From: Squalus acanthias
Lineage: Eukaryota
DNA length: 64,000 nucleotides
Direction: 5' to 3'
Assembly (NCBI GenBank): GCA_030390025.1
Contig: JASTWF010000036.1
Span: 1,426,001 to 1,490,000, forward strand
Below, piece after piece: positions 9,826 through 27,800 of this stretch. The notes beneath the pieces are model-generated. The model was not told the origin of the DNA. It saw only the letters and a program-made list of their open reading frames with translations, and made no database searches. Within the stretch, counting starts at the first letter, position 1. Every line of letters begins with the position of its first letter. The translations under genes and the position numbers were made by a program.

Positions 9826-12800
9826 ACCATGCTATTCCACACCATTCCACACTGTACTATTCCACACCATTCCACGCTGTACTATTCCACACCATTCCAC
9901 ACTGTACTATTCCACACCATTCCACACTGTACTATTCCACACCATTCCACGCTGTACTATTCCACACCATTCCACACTGTACTATTCCACACCATTCCAC
10001 ACTGTACTATTCCACACCATTCCACGCTGTACTATTCCACACCATTCCACACTGTACTATTCCACACCATTCCACACTGTCCTATTCCACACCATTCCAC
10101 GCTGTACTATTCCACACCATTCCACACTGTCCTATTCCACACCATTCCACGCTGTACTATTCCACACCATTCCACACTGTACTATTCCACGCTGTACTAT
10201 TCCACACCATTCCACACTGTACTATTCCACACCATTCCACACTGTACTATTCCACACCATTCCACACTGTACTATTCCACACCATTCCACACTGTCCTAT
10301 TCCACACCATTCCACGCTGTACTATTCCACACCATTCCACACTGTCCTATTCCACACCATTCCACGCTGTACTATTCCACACCATTCCACACTGTACTAT
10401 TCCACGCTGTACTATTCCACACCATTCCACGCTGTACTATTCCACACCATTCCACACTGTACTATTCCACACCATTCCACACTGTACTATTCCACACCAT
10501 TCCACGCTGTACTATTCCACACCATTCCACGCTGTACTATTCCACACCATTCCACGCTGTACTATTCCACACCATTCCACGCTGTACTATTCCACACCAT
10601 TCCACACTGTACTATTCCACACTGTCCTATTCCACACGATTCCACGCTGTCCTATTCCACACCATTCCACACTGTCCTATTCCACACCATTCCACACTGT
10701 ACTATTCCACACCGTTCCACACTGTCCAATTCCACACCATTCCACGCTGTACTATTCCACACCATTCCACGCTGTACTATTCCACACCATTCCACACTGT
10801 ACTATTCCACACCATTCCACACTGTCCTATTCCACACCATTCCACGCTGTACTATTCCACACCATTCCACACTGTCCTATTCCACACCATTCCACACTGT
10901 ACTATTCCACACCATTCCACGCGGTACTATTCCACACCATTCCACACTGTACTATTCCACACCATTCCACACTGTACTATTCCACACCATTCCACGCTGT
11001 ACTATTCCAAATCATTCCACGCTGTACTATTCCACATCATTCCACACTGTACTGTTCCACACCATTCCACACCGTACTATTCCACACCATTCCACGCCGT
11101 ACTATTCCACATCATTCCACACTGTACTATTCCACACCATTCCACGCTGTACTATTCCACACCATTCTACGCTGTACTATTCCACATCATTCCACACTGT
11201 ACTATTCCACACCATTCCACGCTGTACTATTCCACACCATTCCACGCTGTACTATTCCACACCATTCTACGCTGTACTATTCCACGCTGTACTATTCCAC
11301 ACCATTCCACACTGTACTATTCCACACCATTCCACGCTGTACTATTCCACATCATTCCACACTGTACTATTCCACACCATTCCACGCTGCACTATTCCAC
11401 ATCATTCCACGCTGTACTATTCCACACCATTCCACGCTGTACTATTCCACACCATTCTACGCTGTACTATTCCACATCATTCCACGCTGTACTATTCCAC
11501 ACCATTCCACACTGTACTATTCCACACCATTCCACGCTGTACTATTCCACATCATTCCACACTGTACTATTCCACACCATTCCACGCTGCACTATTCCAC
11601 ATCATTCCACACTGTACTATTCCACACCATTCCACGCTGTACTATTCCACATCATTCCACGCTGTACTATTCCACACCATTCCACGCTGTACTATTCCAC
11701 ATCATTCCACACTGTACTATTCCACACCATTCCACGCTGTACTATTCCACACCATTCCACACTGTACTATTCCACACCATTCCACGCTGTTCTATTCCAC
11801 ACCATTCCACACTGTACTATTCCACACTGTACTATTCCACACCATTCCACGCCGTACTATTCCACACCATTCCACACTGTACTATTCCACACCATTCCAC
11901 ACTGTACTATTCCACACCATTCCACACCATTCCACACTGTACTATTCCACACCATTCCACACTGTCCTATTCCACACCATTCCACGCTGTACTATTCCAC
12001 ACCATTCCACACTGTACTATTCCACACCATTCCACACTGTCCTATTCCACACCATTCCACACTGTACTATTCCACACTGTACTATTCCACACCATTCCAC
12101 ACTGTACTATTCCACACCATTCCACGCTGTCCTATTCCACATCATTCCACACTGTACTATTCCACACTGTACTATTCCACACCATTTCACACTGTACTAT
12201 TCCACACCATTCCACACTGTACTATTCCACACCATTCCACACTGTCCTATTCCACACTGTACTATTCCACACTGTACTATTCCACGCTGTCCTATTCCAC
12301 ATCATTCCACACTGTACTATTCCACACTGTACTATTCCACACCATTCCACACTGTACTATTCCACACCATTCCACACTGTCCTATTCCACATCATTCCAC
12401 ACTGTACTATTCCACACCATTCCACGCTGTACTATTCCACACCATTCCACGCTGTACTATTCCACACCATTCCACGCTGTACTATTCCACACCATTCCAC
12501 GCTGTACTATTCCACACCATTCCACACTGTACTATTCCACACCATTCCACACCGCACTATTCCACACCATTCCACGCCGTACTATTCCACACCATTCCAC
12601 GCCGTACTATTCCACACCGTACTATTCCACACCATTCCACACCGTACTATTCCACATCATTCCACACTGTACTATTCCACACCATTCCACGCTGTACTAT
12701 TCCACACCATTCCACACTGTACTATTCCACACCATTCCACGCTGTACTATTCCACATCATTCCACACTGTACTATTCCACACCATTCCACACTGTACTAT

Positions 12801-15800
12801 TCCACACCATTCCACGCTGTACTATTCCACACCATTCCACACTGTACTATTCCACACCATTCCACGCTGTACTATTCCACACCATTCCACACTGTACTAT
12901 TCCACACTGTACTATTCCACACCATTCCACGCCGTACTATTCCACACCATTCCACACTGTACTATTCCACACCATTCCACACTGTACTATTCCACACCAT
13001 TCCACACCATTCCACACTGTACTATTCCACACCATTCCACACTGTCCTATTCCACACCATTCCACGCTGTACTATTCCACACCATTCCACACTGTACTAT
13101 TCCACACCATTCCACACTGTCCTATTCCACACCATTCCACACTTTACTATTCCACGCTGTCCTATTCCACACTGTACTATTCCACACTGTACTATTCCAC
13201 ACCATTCCACACTGTACTATTCCACACCATTCCACACTGTACTATTCCACACCATTCCACACTGTCCTATTCCACACCATTCCACACTGTACTATTCCAC
13301 ACTGTCCTGTTCCACATCATTCCACACTGTACTATTCCACACTGTACTATTCCACACCATTCCACACTGTACTATTCCACACCATTCCACACTGTCCTAT
13401 TCCACATCATTCCACACTGTACTATTCCACACCATTCCACGCTGTACTATTCCACACCATTCCACGCTGTACTATTCCACACCATTCCACGCTGTACTAT
13501 TCCACACCATTCCACGCTGTACTATTCCACACCATTCCACACTGTACTATTCCACACCATTCCACACTGTACTATTCCACACCATTCCACACCGTACTAT
13601 TCCACACCATTCCACACCGCACTATTCCACACCATTCCACGCCGTACTATTCCACACCATTCCACGCCGTACTATTCCACACCATTCCACACCGTACTAT
13701 TCCACACCATTCTACACTGTCCTATTCCACATCATTCCACACTGTACTATTCCACACCATTCCACACTGCACTATTCCACACCATTCCACGCTGTACTAT
13801 TCCACACCATTCCACGCTGTACTATTCCACACCATTCCACGCTGTACTTTCCACACCATTCCACACTGTACTATTCCACACCATTCCACAACTGTCCTAT
13901 TCCACACCATTCCACACTGTCCTATTCCACACCATTCCACACTGTCCTATTCCACACCATTCCACACTGTACTATTCCACACCATTCCACACTGTACTGT
14001 TCCACACCATTCCACGCTGTACTATTCCACACCATTCCACGCTGTACTATTCCACACCATTCCACGCTGTACTATTCCACACCATTCCACGCTGTACTGT
14101 TCCACACCATTCCACACTGTACTGTTCCACACCATTCCACGCTGTACTGTTCCACACCATTCCACGCTGTACTATTCCACACCATTCCACGCTGTACTAT
14201 TCCACACCATTCCACGCTGTACTATTCCACACCATTCCACGCTGTACTATTCCACACCATTCCACGCTGTACTATTCCACACCATTCCACGCTGTACTAT
14301 TCCACACCATTCCACACTGTACTATTCCACACCATTCCACACCGTACTATTCCACACCATTCCACACCATACTATTCCACACCATTCCACGCCATACTAT
14401 TCCACACCATTCCACGCCGTACTATTCCACACCATTCCACGCCGTACTATTCCACACCATTCCACACCGTACTATTCCACACCATTCTACACTGTCCTAT
14501 TCCACATCATTCCACACTGTACTATTCCACACTATTCCACACCATTCCACACTGTACTATTCCACACCATTCCACGCTGTACTATTCCACACCATTCCAC
14601 ACTGTACTATTCCACACCATTCCACGCTGTACTATTCCACACCATTCCACGCTGTACTATTCCACACCATTCCACACTGTACTATTCCACACCATTCCAC
14701 ACTGTACTATTCCACACCATTCCACACTGTACTATTCCACACCATTCCACACTGTACTATTCCACACCATTCCACACTGTACTATTCCACACCATTCCAC
14801 ACTGTACTATTCCACACCATTCCACACTGTCCTATTCCACACCATTCCACACTGTACTATTCCACACCATTCCACGCCGTACTATTCCACACCATTCCAC
14901 GCCGTACTATTCCACACCATTCCACGCTGTACTATTCCACACCATTCCACGCCGTACTATTCCACAACATTCCACGCTGTACTATTCCACACCATTCCAC
15001 ACCGTACTATTCCACACCATTCCACACTGTACTATTGCACACCATTCCACGCTGTACTATTCCACAACATTCCACACTGTACTATTCCACACAGTACTAT
15101 TCCACACCATTCCACACTGTACTATTGCACACCATTTCACGCCGTACTATTCCACAACATTCCACACTGTACTATTCCACACCATTCCACACTGTACTAT
15201 TCCACACCATTCCACACTGTACTATTCCACGCTGTACTATTCCACACCATTCCACACCATTCCACACTGTACTATTCCACACCATTCCACACTGTACTAT
15301 TCCACGCTGTACTATTCCACACCATTCCACACCATTCCACACTGTACTATTGCACACCATTCCACGCCGTACTATTCCACAACATTCCACACTGTACTAT
15401 TCCACACCATTCCACACTGTACTATTCCACACCATTCCACACTGTACTATTCCACGCTGTACTATTCCACACCATTCCACGCCATTCCACACTGTACTAT
15501 TCCACACCATTCCACACTGTACTATTGCACACCATTCCACGCCGTACTATTCCACACCATTCCACGCTGTACTATTCCACACCATTCCACGCCGTACTAT
15601 TCCAAACCATTCCACGCCGTACTATTCCACACCATTCCACACTGTACTATTCCACACCATTCCACGCCGTACTATTCCACACCATTCCATGCTGTACTAT
15701 TCCACACCATACAATTCCACACCATTCCACACTGTACTATTCCACACCATTCCACGCCGTACTATTCCACACCATTCCACACTGTACTATTCCACACCAT

Positions 15801-18800
15801 TCCACGCCGTACTATTCCACACCATTCCACACTGTACTATTCCACACCATTCCACGCCGTACTATTCCACACCATTCCACACTGTACTATTCCACACCAT
15901 TCCACGCCGTACTATTCCACACCATTCCACACTGTACTATTCCACACCATTCTACACTGTCCTATTCCACACCATTCCACACTGTACTATTCCACACCAT
16001 TCCACACTGTCCTATTCCACATCATTCCACACTGTCCTATTCCACATCATTCCACACTGTACTATTCCACACCATTCCACACTGTACTTTCCACACCATT
16101 CCACACTGTACTATTCCACACCATTCCACAACTGTCCTATTCCACACCATTCCACACTGTCCTATTCCACACCATTCCACACTGTCCTATTCCACACCAT
16201 TCCACACTGTACTGTTCCACACCATTCCACACTGTACTGTTCCACACCATTCCACGCTGTACTATTCCACACCATTCCACGCTGTACTATTCCACACCAT
16301 TCCACACTGTACTATTCCACACTGTACTATTCCACATCATTCCACACCGTCCTATTCCACACCATTCCACACTGTACTATTCCACATCATTCCACACCGT
16401 CCTATTCCACACCATTCCACACTGTCCTATTCCACACCATTCCACACTGTCCTATTCCACACCATTCCACACTGTCCTATTCCACACCATTCCACGCTGT
16501 CCTATTCCACACCATTCCACACTGTACCATTCCACACTGTACTATTCCACACCATTCCACACTGTACTATTCCACACCATTCCACGCTGTACTATTCCAC
16601 ACCATTCCACGCTGTACTATTCCACACCATTCCACGCTGTACTATTCCACACCATTCCACACTGTACTATTCCACACTGTCCTATTCCACACGATTCCAC
16701 GCTGTCCTATTCCACACCATTCCACACTGTCCTATTCCACACCATTCCACACTGTACTATTCCACACCGTTCCACACTGTCCAATTCCACACCATTCCAC
16801 GCTGTACTATTCCACACCATTCCACGCTGTACTATTCCACACCATTCCACACTGTACTATTCCACACCATTCCACACTGTCCTATTCCACACCATTCCAC
16901 GCTGTACTATTCCACACCATTCCACACTGTCCTATTCCACACCATTCCACACTGTACTATTCCACACCATTCCACGCGGTACTATTCCACACCATTCCAC
17001 ACTGTACTATTCCACACCATTCCACACTGTACTATTCCACACCATTCCACGCTGTACTATTCCAAATCATTCCACGCTGTACTATTCCACATCATTCCAC
17101 ACTGTACTGTTCCACACCATTCCACACTGTACTATTCCACACCATTCCACGCCGTACTATTCCACATCATTCCACACTGTACTATTCCACACCATTCCAC
17201 GCTGTACTATTCCACACCATTCTACGCTGTACTATTCCACATCATTCCACACTGTACTATTCCACACCATTCCACGCTGTACTATTCCACACCATTCCAC
17301 GCTGTACTATTCCACACCATTCTACGCTGTACTATTCCACATCATTCCACGCTGTACTATTCCACACCATTCCACACTGTACTATTCCACACCATTCCAC
17401 GCTGTACTATTCCACATCATTCCACACTGTACTATTCCACACCATTCCACGCTGCACTATTCCACATCATTCCACACTGTACTATTCCACACCATTCCAC
17501 GCTGTACTATTCCACATCATTCCACGCTGTACTATTCCACACCATTCCACACTGTACTATTCCACACCATTCCACGCTGTACTATTCCACATCATTCCAC
17601 ACTGTACTATTCCACACCATTCCACACTGTACTATTCCACACCATTCCACGCTGTACTATTCCACACCATTCCACACTGTACTATTCCACACCATTCCAC
17701 GCTGTACTATTCCACACCATTCCACACTGTACTATTCCACACCATTCCACGCCGTACTATTCCACACCATTCCACACTGTACTATTCCACACCATTCCAC
17801 ACTGTACTATTCCACACCATTCCACACCATTCCACACTGTACTATTCCACACCATTCCACACTGTCCTATTCCACACCATTCCACGCTGTACTATTCCAC
17901 ACCATTCCACACTGTACTATTCCACACCATTCCACACTGTCCTATTCCACACCATTCCACACTGTACTATTCCACGCTGTCCTATTCCACATCATTCCAC
18001 ACTGTACTATTCCACACTGTACTATTCCACACCATTCCACACTGTACTATTCCACACCATTCCACACTGTACTATTCCACACCATTCCACACTGTCCTAT
18101 TCCACATCATTCCACACTGTACTATTCCACACCATTCCACGCTGTACTATTCCACACCATTCCACGCTGTACTATTCCACACCATTCCACGCTGTACTAT
18201 TCCACACCATTCCACGCTGTACTATTCCACACCATTCCACACTGTACTATTCCACACCATTCCACACTGTACTATTCCACACCATTCCACACCGTACTAT
18301 TCCACACCATTCCACACCGCACTATTCCACACCATTCCACGCCGTACTATTCCACACCATTCCACGCCGTACTATTCCACACCATTCCACACCGTACTAT
18401 TCCACACCATTCCACACCGTACTATTCCACACCATTCCACGCCGTACTATTCCACACCATTCCACACCGTACTATTCCACACCATTCCACACCGTACTAT
18501 TCCACATCATTCCACGCCGTACTATTCCACACCATTCCACGCCGTACTATTCCACACCATTCCACACTGTACTATTCCACACCATTCCACGCTGTACTAT
18601 TCCACATCATTCCACACTGTACTATTCCACACCATTCCACACTGTACTATTCCACACCATTCCACGCTGTACTATTCCACACCATTCCACACTGTACTAT
18701 TCCACACCATTCCACGCTGTACTATTCCACACCATTCCACACTGTACTATTCCACACTGTACTATTCCACACCATTCCACGCCGTACTATTCCACACCAT

Positions 18801-21800
18801 TCCACACTGTACTATTCCACACCATTCCACACTGTACTATTCCACACCATTCCACACCATTCCACACTGTACTATTCCACACCATTCCACACTGTCCTAT
18901 TCCACACCATTCCACGCTGTACTATTCCACACCATTCCACACTGTACTATTCCACACCATTCCACACTGTCCTATTCCACACCATTCCACACTGTACTAT
19001 TCCACGCTGTCCTATTCCACATCATTCCACACTGTACTATTCCACACTGTACTATTCCACACCATTCCACACTGTACTATTCCACACCATTCCACACTGT
19101 CCTATTCCACACCATTCCACACTGTACTATTCCACACCATTCCACACTGTACTATTCCACACCATTCCACGCTGTACTATTCCACACCATTCCACGCTGT
19201 ACTATTCCACACCATTCCACGCTGTACTATTCCACACCATTCCACGCTGTACTATTCCACACCATTCCACACTGTACTATTCCACACTGTCCTATTCCAC
19301 ACGATTCCACGCTGTCCTATTCCACACCATTCCACACTGTCCTATTCCACACCATTCCACACTGTACTATTCCACACCGTTCCACACTGTCCAATTCCAC
19401 ACCATTCCACGCTGTACTATTCCACACCATTCCACGCTGTACTATTCCACACCATTCCACACTGTACTATTCCACACCATTCCACACTGTCCTATTCCAC
19501 ACCATTCCACGCTGTACTATTCCACACCATTCCACACTGTCCTATTCCACACCATTCCACACTGTACTATTCCACACCATTCCACGCGGTACTATTCCAC
19601 ACCATTCCACACTGTACTATTCCACACCATTCCACACTGTACTATTCCACACCATTCCACGCTGTACTATTCCAAATCATTCCACGCTGTACTATTCCAC
19701 ATCATTCCACACTGTACTGTTCCACACCATTCCACACTGTACTATTCCACACCATTCCACGCCGTACTATTCCACATCATTCCACACTGTACTATTCCAC
19801 ACCATTCCACGCTGTACTATTCCACACCATTCTACGCTGTACTATTCCACATCATTCCACACTGTACTATTCCACACCATTCCACGCTGTACTATTCCAC
19901 ACCATTCCACGCTGTACTATTCCACACCATTCTACGCTGTACTATTCCACATCATTCCACGCTGTACTATTCCACACCATTCCACACTGTACTATTCCAC
20001 ACCATTCCACGCTGTACTATTCCACATCATTCCACACTGTACTATTCCACACCATTCCACGCTGCACTATTCCACATCATTCCACACTGTACTATTCCAC
20101 ACCATTCCACGCTGTACTATTCCACATCATTCCACGCTGTACTATTCCACACCATTCCACACTGTACTATTCCACACCATTCCACGCTGTACTATTCCAC
20201 ATCATTCCACACTGTACTATTCCACACCATTCCACACTGTACTATTCCACACCATTCCACGCTGTACTATTCCACACCATTCCACACTGTACTATTCCAC
20301 ACCATTCCACGCTGTACTATTCCACACCATTCCACACTGTACTATTCCACACCATTCCACGCCGTACTATTCCACACCATTCCACACTGTACTATTCCAC
20401 ACCATTCCACACTGTACTATTCCACACCATTCCACACCATTCCACACTGTACTATTCCACACCATTCCACACTGTCCTATTCCACACCATTCCACGCTGT
20501 ACTATTCCACACCATTCCACACTGTACTATTCCACACCATTCCACACTGTCCTATTCCACACCATTCCACACTGTACTATTCCACGCTGTCCTATTCCAC
20601 ATCATTCCACACTGTACTATTCCACACTGTACTATTCCACACCATTCCACACTGTACTATTCCACACCATTCCACACTGTACTATTCCACACCATTCCAC
20701 ACTGTCCTATTCCACATCATTCCACACTGTACTATTCCACACCATTCCACGCTGTACTATTCCACACCATTCCACGCTGTACTATTCCACACCATTCCAC
20801 GCTGTACTATTCCACACCATTCCACGCTGTACTATTCCACACCATTCCACACTGTACTATTCCACACCATTCCACACTGTACTATTCCACACCATTCCAC
20901 ACCGTACTATTCCACACCATTCCACACCGCACTATTCCACACCATTCCACGCCGTACTATTCCACACCATTCCACGCCGTACTATTCCACACCATTCCAC
21001 ACCGTACTATTCCACACCATTCCACACCGTACTATTCCACACCATTCCACGCCGTACTATTCCACACCATTCCACACCGTACTATTCCACACCATTCCAC
21101 ACCGTACTATTCCACATCATTCCACGCCGTACTATTCCACACCATTCCACGCCGTACTATTCCACACCATTCCACACTGTACTATTCCACACCATTCCAC
21201 GCTGTACTATTCCACATCATTCCACACTGTACTATTCCACACCATTCCACACTGTACTATTCCACACCATTCCACGCTGTACTATTCCACACCATTCCAC
21301 ACTGTACTATTCCACACCATTCCACGCTGTACTATTCCACACCATTCCACACTGTACTATTCCACACTGTACTATTCCACACCATTCCACGCCGTACTAT
21401 TCCACACCATTCCACACTGTACTATTCCACACCATTCCACACTGTACTATTCCACACCATTCCACACCATTCCACACTGTACTATTCCACACCATTCCAC
21501 ACTGTCCTATTCCACACCATTCCACGCTGTACTATTCCACACCATTCCACACTGTACTATTCCACACCATTCCACACTGTCCTATTCCACACCATTCCAC
21601 ACTGTACTATTCCACGCTGTCCTATTCCACATCATTCCACACTGTACTATTCCACACTGTACTATTCCACACCATTCCACACTGTACTATTCCACACCAT
21701 TCCACACTGTACTATTCCACACCATTCCACACTGTCCTATTCCACACCATTCCACACTGTACTATTCCACGCTGTCCTATTCCACATCATTCCACACTGT

Positions 21801-24800
21801 ACTATTCCACACTGTCCTATTCCACACCATTCCACACTGTCCTATTCCACATCATTCCACACTGTACTATTCCACACCATTCCACGCTGTACTATTCCAC
21901 ACCATTCCACGCTGTACTATTCCACACCATTCCACGCTGTACTATTCCACACCATTCCACACTGTACTATTCCACACTGTCCTATTCCACACCATTCCAC
22001 ACTGTCCTATTCCACATCATTCCACACTGTACTATTCCACACTGTCCTATTCCACACCATTCCACACTGTCCTATTCCACATCATTCCACACTGTACTAT
22101 TCCACACTGTCCTATTCCACACCATTCCACACTGTCCTATTCCACATCATTCCACACTGTACTATTCCACACCATTCCACGCTGTACTATTCCACACCAT
22201 TCCACGCTGTACTATTCCACACCATTCCACGCTGTACTATTCCACACCATTCCACGCTGTACTATTCCACACCATTCCACACTGTACTATTCCACACCAT
22301 TCCACACTGTACTATTCCACACCATTCCACACCGTACTATTCCACACCATTCCACACCGCACTATTCCACACCATTCCACGCCGTACTATTCCACACCAT
22401 TCCACGCCGTACTATTCCACACCATTCCACACCGTACTATTCCACACCATTCCACACCGTACTATTCCACACCATTCCACACCGTACTATTCCACACCAT
22501 TCTACACTGTCCTATTCCACATCATTCCACACTGTACTATTCCACACTATTCCACACCATTCCACACTGCACTATTCCACACCATTCCACGCTGTACTAT
22601 TCCACACCATTCCACGCTGTACTATTCCACACCATTCCACGCTGTACTATTCCACACCATTCCACGCTGTACTATTCCACACCATTCCACGCTGTACTAT
22701 TCCACACTATTCCACACCATTCCACACTGTACTATTCCACACCATGCCACGCTGTCCTATTCCACACCATTCCACACTGTCCTATTCCACACCATTCCAC
22801 GCTGTCCTATTCCACATCATTCCACACTGTACTATTCCACACCATTCCACGCTGTCCTATTCCACATCATTCCACACTGTACTATTCCACACCATTCCAC
22901 GCTGTACTATTCCACACCATTCTACGCTGTACTATTCCACACCATTCCACACTGTCCTATTCCACACCATTCCACACTGTCCTATTCCACATCATTCCAC
23001 ACTGTCCTATTCCACATCATTCCACACTGTACTATTCCACACCATTCCACACTGTACTTTCCACACCATTCCACACTGTACTATTCCACACCATTCCACA
23101 ACTGTCCTATTCCACACCATTCCACACTGTCCTATTCCACACCATTCCACACTGTCCTATTCCACACCATTCCACACTGTACTATTCCACACCATTCCAC
23201 ACTGTACTGTTCCACACCATTCCACGCTGTACTATTCCACACCATTCCACGCTGTACTATTCCACACCATTCCACGCTGTACTATTCCACACCATTCCAC
23301 GCTGTACTATTCCACACCATTCCACGCTGTACTGTTCCACACCATTCCACACTGTACTGTTCCACACCATTCCACGCTGTACTGTTCCACACCATTCCAC
23401 GCTGTACTGTTCCACACCATTCCACGCTGTACTATTCCACACCATTCCACGCTGTACTATTCCACACCATTCCACGCTGTACTATTCCACACCATTCCAC
23501 GCTGTACTATTCCACACCATTCCACGCTGTACTATTCCACACCATTCCACGCTGTACTATTCCACACCATTCCACGCCGTACTATTCCACACCATTCCAC
23601 ACCGTACTATTCCACACCATTCTACACTGTCCTATTCCACATCATTCCACACTGTACTATTCCACACTATTCCACACCATTCCACACTGTACTATTCCAC
23701 ACCATTCCACGCTGTACTATTCCACACCATTCCACACTGTACTATTCCACACCATTCCACGCTGTACTATTCCACACCATTCCACGCTGTACTATTCCAC
23801 ACCATTCCACACTGTACTATTCCACACCATTCCACACTGTACTATTCCACACCATTCCACACTGTACTATTCCACACCATTCCACACTGTACTATTCCAC
23901 ACCATTCCACACTGTACTATTCCACACCATTCCACACTGTCCTATTCCACACCATTCCACACTGTACTATTCCACACCATTCCACGCCGTACTATTCCAC
24001 ACCATTCCACGCCGTACTATTCCACACCATTCCACGCCGTACTATTCCACACCATTCCACGCCGTACTATTCCACAACATTCCACGCTGTACTATTCCAC
24101 ACCATTCCACACCGTACTATTCCACACCATTCCACACTGTACTATTGCACACCATTCCACGCTGTACTATTCCACAACATTCCACACTGTACTATTCCAC
24201 ACAGTACTATTCCACACCATTCCACACTGTACTATTGCACACCATTCCACGCTGTACTATTCCACAACATTCCACACTGTACTATTCCACACAGTACTAT
24301 TCCACACCATTTCACGCCGTACTATTCCACAACATTCCACACTGTACTATTCCACACCATTCCACACTGTACTATTCCACACCATTCCACACTGTACTAT
24401 TCCACGCTGTACTATTCCACACCATTCCACACCATTCCACACTGTACTATTCCACACCATTCCACACTGTACTATTGCACACCATTCCACGCCGTACTAT
24501 TCCACAACATTCCACACTGTACTATTCCACACCATTCCACACTGTACTATTCCACACCATTCCACACTGTACTATTCCACACCATTCCACGCCATTCCAC
24601 ACTGTACTATTCCACACCATTCCACACTGTACTATTGCACACCATTCCACGCCGTACTATTCCACACCATTCCACGCTGTACTATTCCACACCATTCCAC
24701 GCCGTACTATTCCAAACCATTCCACGCCGTACTATTCCACACCATTCCACACTGTACTATTCCACACCATTCCACGCCGTACTATTCCACACCATTCCAC

Positions 24801-27800
24801 GCTGTACTATTCCACACCATACAATTCCACACCATTCCACACTGTACTATTCCACACCATTCCACGCCGTACTATTCCACACCATTCCACACTGTACTAT
24901 TCCACACCATTCCACGCCGTACTATTCCACACCATTCCACACTGTACTATTCCACACCATTCCACGCCGTACTATTCCACACCATTCCACACTGTACTAT
25001 TCCACACCATTCCACGCCGTACTATTCCACACCATTCCACACTGTACTATTCCACACCATTCCACGCCGTACTATTCCACACCATTCCACACTGTACTAT
25101 TCCACACCATTCTACACTGTCCTATTCCACACCATTCCACACTGTACTATTCCACACCATTCCACACTGTCCTATTCCACATCATTCCACACTGTCCTAT
25201 TCCACATCATTCCACACTGTACTATTCCACACCATTCCACACTGTACTTTCCACACCATTCCACACTGTACTATTCCACACCATTCCACAACTGTCCTAT
25301 TCCACACCATTCCACACTGTCCTATTCCACACCATTCCACACTGTCCTATTCCACACCATTCCACACTGTACTGTTCCACACCATTCCACACTGTACTGT
25401 TCCACACCATTCCACGCTGTACTATTCCACACCATTCCACGCTGTACTATTCCACACCATTCCACACTGTACTATTCCACACTGTACTATTCCACATCAT
25501 TCCACACCGTCCTATTCCACACCATTCCACACTGTACTATTCCACACTGTACTATTCCACATCATTCCACACCGTCCTATTCCACACCATTCCACACTGT
25601 CCTATTCCACACCATTCCACACTGTCCTATTCCACACCATTCCACACTGTCCTATTCCACACCATTCCACGCTGTCCTATTCCACACCATTCCACACTGT
25701 ACCATTCCACACTGTACTATTCCACACCATTCCACACTGTACTATTCCACACCATTCCACACTGTACTATTCCACACCATTCCACACTGTACTATTCCAC
25801 ACCATCCCACACTGTACTATTCCACACCATTCCACACTACTATTCCACACCATTCCACACTGTACTATTCCACACCATTCCACACTGTCCTATTCCACAC
25901 CATTCCACACTGTACTATTCCACACCATTCCACACTGTACTATTCCACACCATTCCACGCTGTACTATTCCACACCATTCCACGCTGTACTATTCCAAAC
26001 CATTCCACGCTGTACTATTCCACACCATTCCACGCTGTACTATTCCACGCTGTACTATTCCACACCATTCCACGCTGTACTATTCCACACCATTCCACGC
26101 TGTACTGTTCCACACCATTCCACGCTGTACTGTTCCACACCATTCCACGCTGTACTGTTCCACACCATTCCACGCTGTACTGTTCCACACCTTTCCACGC
26201 TGTACTGTTCCACACCATTCCACGCTGTACTATTCCACACCATTCCACGCTGTACTATTCCACACCATTCCACGCTGTACTATTCCACACCATTCCACGC
26301 TGTACTATTCCACACCATTCCACGCTGTACTATTCCACACCATTCCACGCTGTACTATTCCACACCATTCCACGCTGTACTATTCCACACCATTCCACGC
26401 TGTACTATTCCACACCATTCCACGCTGTACTATTCCACACCATTCCACGCTGTACTATTCCACACCATTCCACGCTGTACTATTCCACACCATTCCACGC
26501 TGTACTATTCCACACCATTCCACACTGTACTATTCCACACCATTCCACACCGTACTATTCCACACCATTCCACGCCGTACTATTCCACACCATTCCACGC
26601 CGTACTATTCCACACCATTCCACGCCGTACTATTCCACACCATTCCACGCCGTACTATTCCACACCATACTATTCCACACCATTCCACACCGTACTATTC
26701 CACACCATTCCACACCGTACTATTCCACACCATTCTACACTGTCCTATTCCACATCATTCCACACTGTACTATTCCACACTATTCCACACCATTCCACAC
26801 TGCACTATTCCACACCATTCCACGCTGTACTATTCCACACCATTCCACACTGTACTATTCCACACCATTCCACGCTGTACTATTCCACACCATTCCACGC
26901 TGTACTATTCCACACCATTCCACGCTGTACTATTCCACACTATTCCACACCATTCCACACTGTACTATTCCACACCATGCCACGCTGTCCTATTCCACAC
27001 CATTCCACACTGTCCTATTCCACACCATTCCACGCTGTCCTATTCCACATCATTCCACACTGTACTATTCCACACCATTCCACGCTGTACTATTCCACAC
27101 CATTCTACGCTGTACTATTCCACACCATTCCACACTGTCCTATTCCACACCATTCCACACTGTCCTATTCCACATCATTCCACACTGTCCTATTCCACAT
27201 CATTCCACACTGTACTATTCCACACCATTCCACACTGTACTTTCCACACCATTCCACACTGTACTATTCCACACCATTCCACAACTGTCCTATTCCACAC
27301 CATTCCACACTGTCCTATTCCACACCATTCCACACTGTCCTATTCCACACCATTCCACACTGTACTATTCCACACCATTCCACGCTGTACTATTCCACAC
27401 CATTCCACGCTGTACTATTCCACACCATTCCACGCTGTACTATTCCACACCATTCCACGCTGTACTATTCCACACCATTCCACGCTGTACTATTCCACAC
27501 CATTCCACGCTGTACTATTCCACACCATTCCACGCTGTACTATTCCACACCATTCCACACCGTACTATTCCACACCATTCCACGCTGTACTATTCCACAC
27601 CATTCCACGCTGTACTATTCCACACCATTCCACGCTGTACTATTCCACACCATTCCACGCTGTACTATTCCACACCATTCCACGCTGTACTATTCCACAC
27701 CATTCCACACTGTACTATTCCACACCATTCCACACTGTACTATTCCACACCATTCCACACTGTACTATTCCACACCATTCCACACTGTCCTATTCCACAC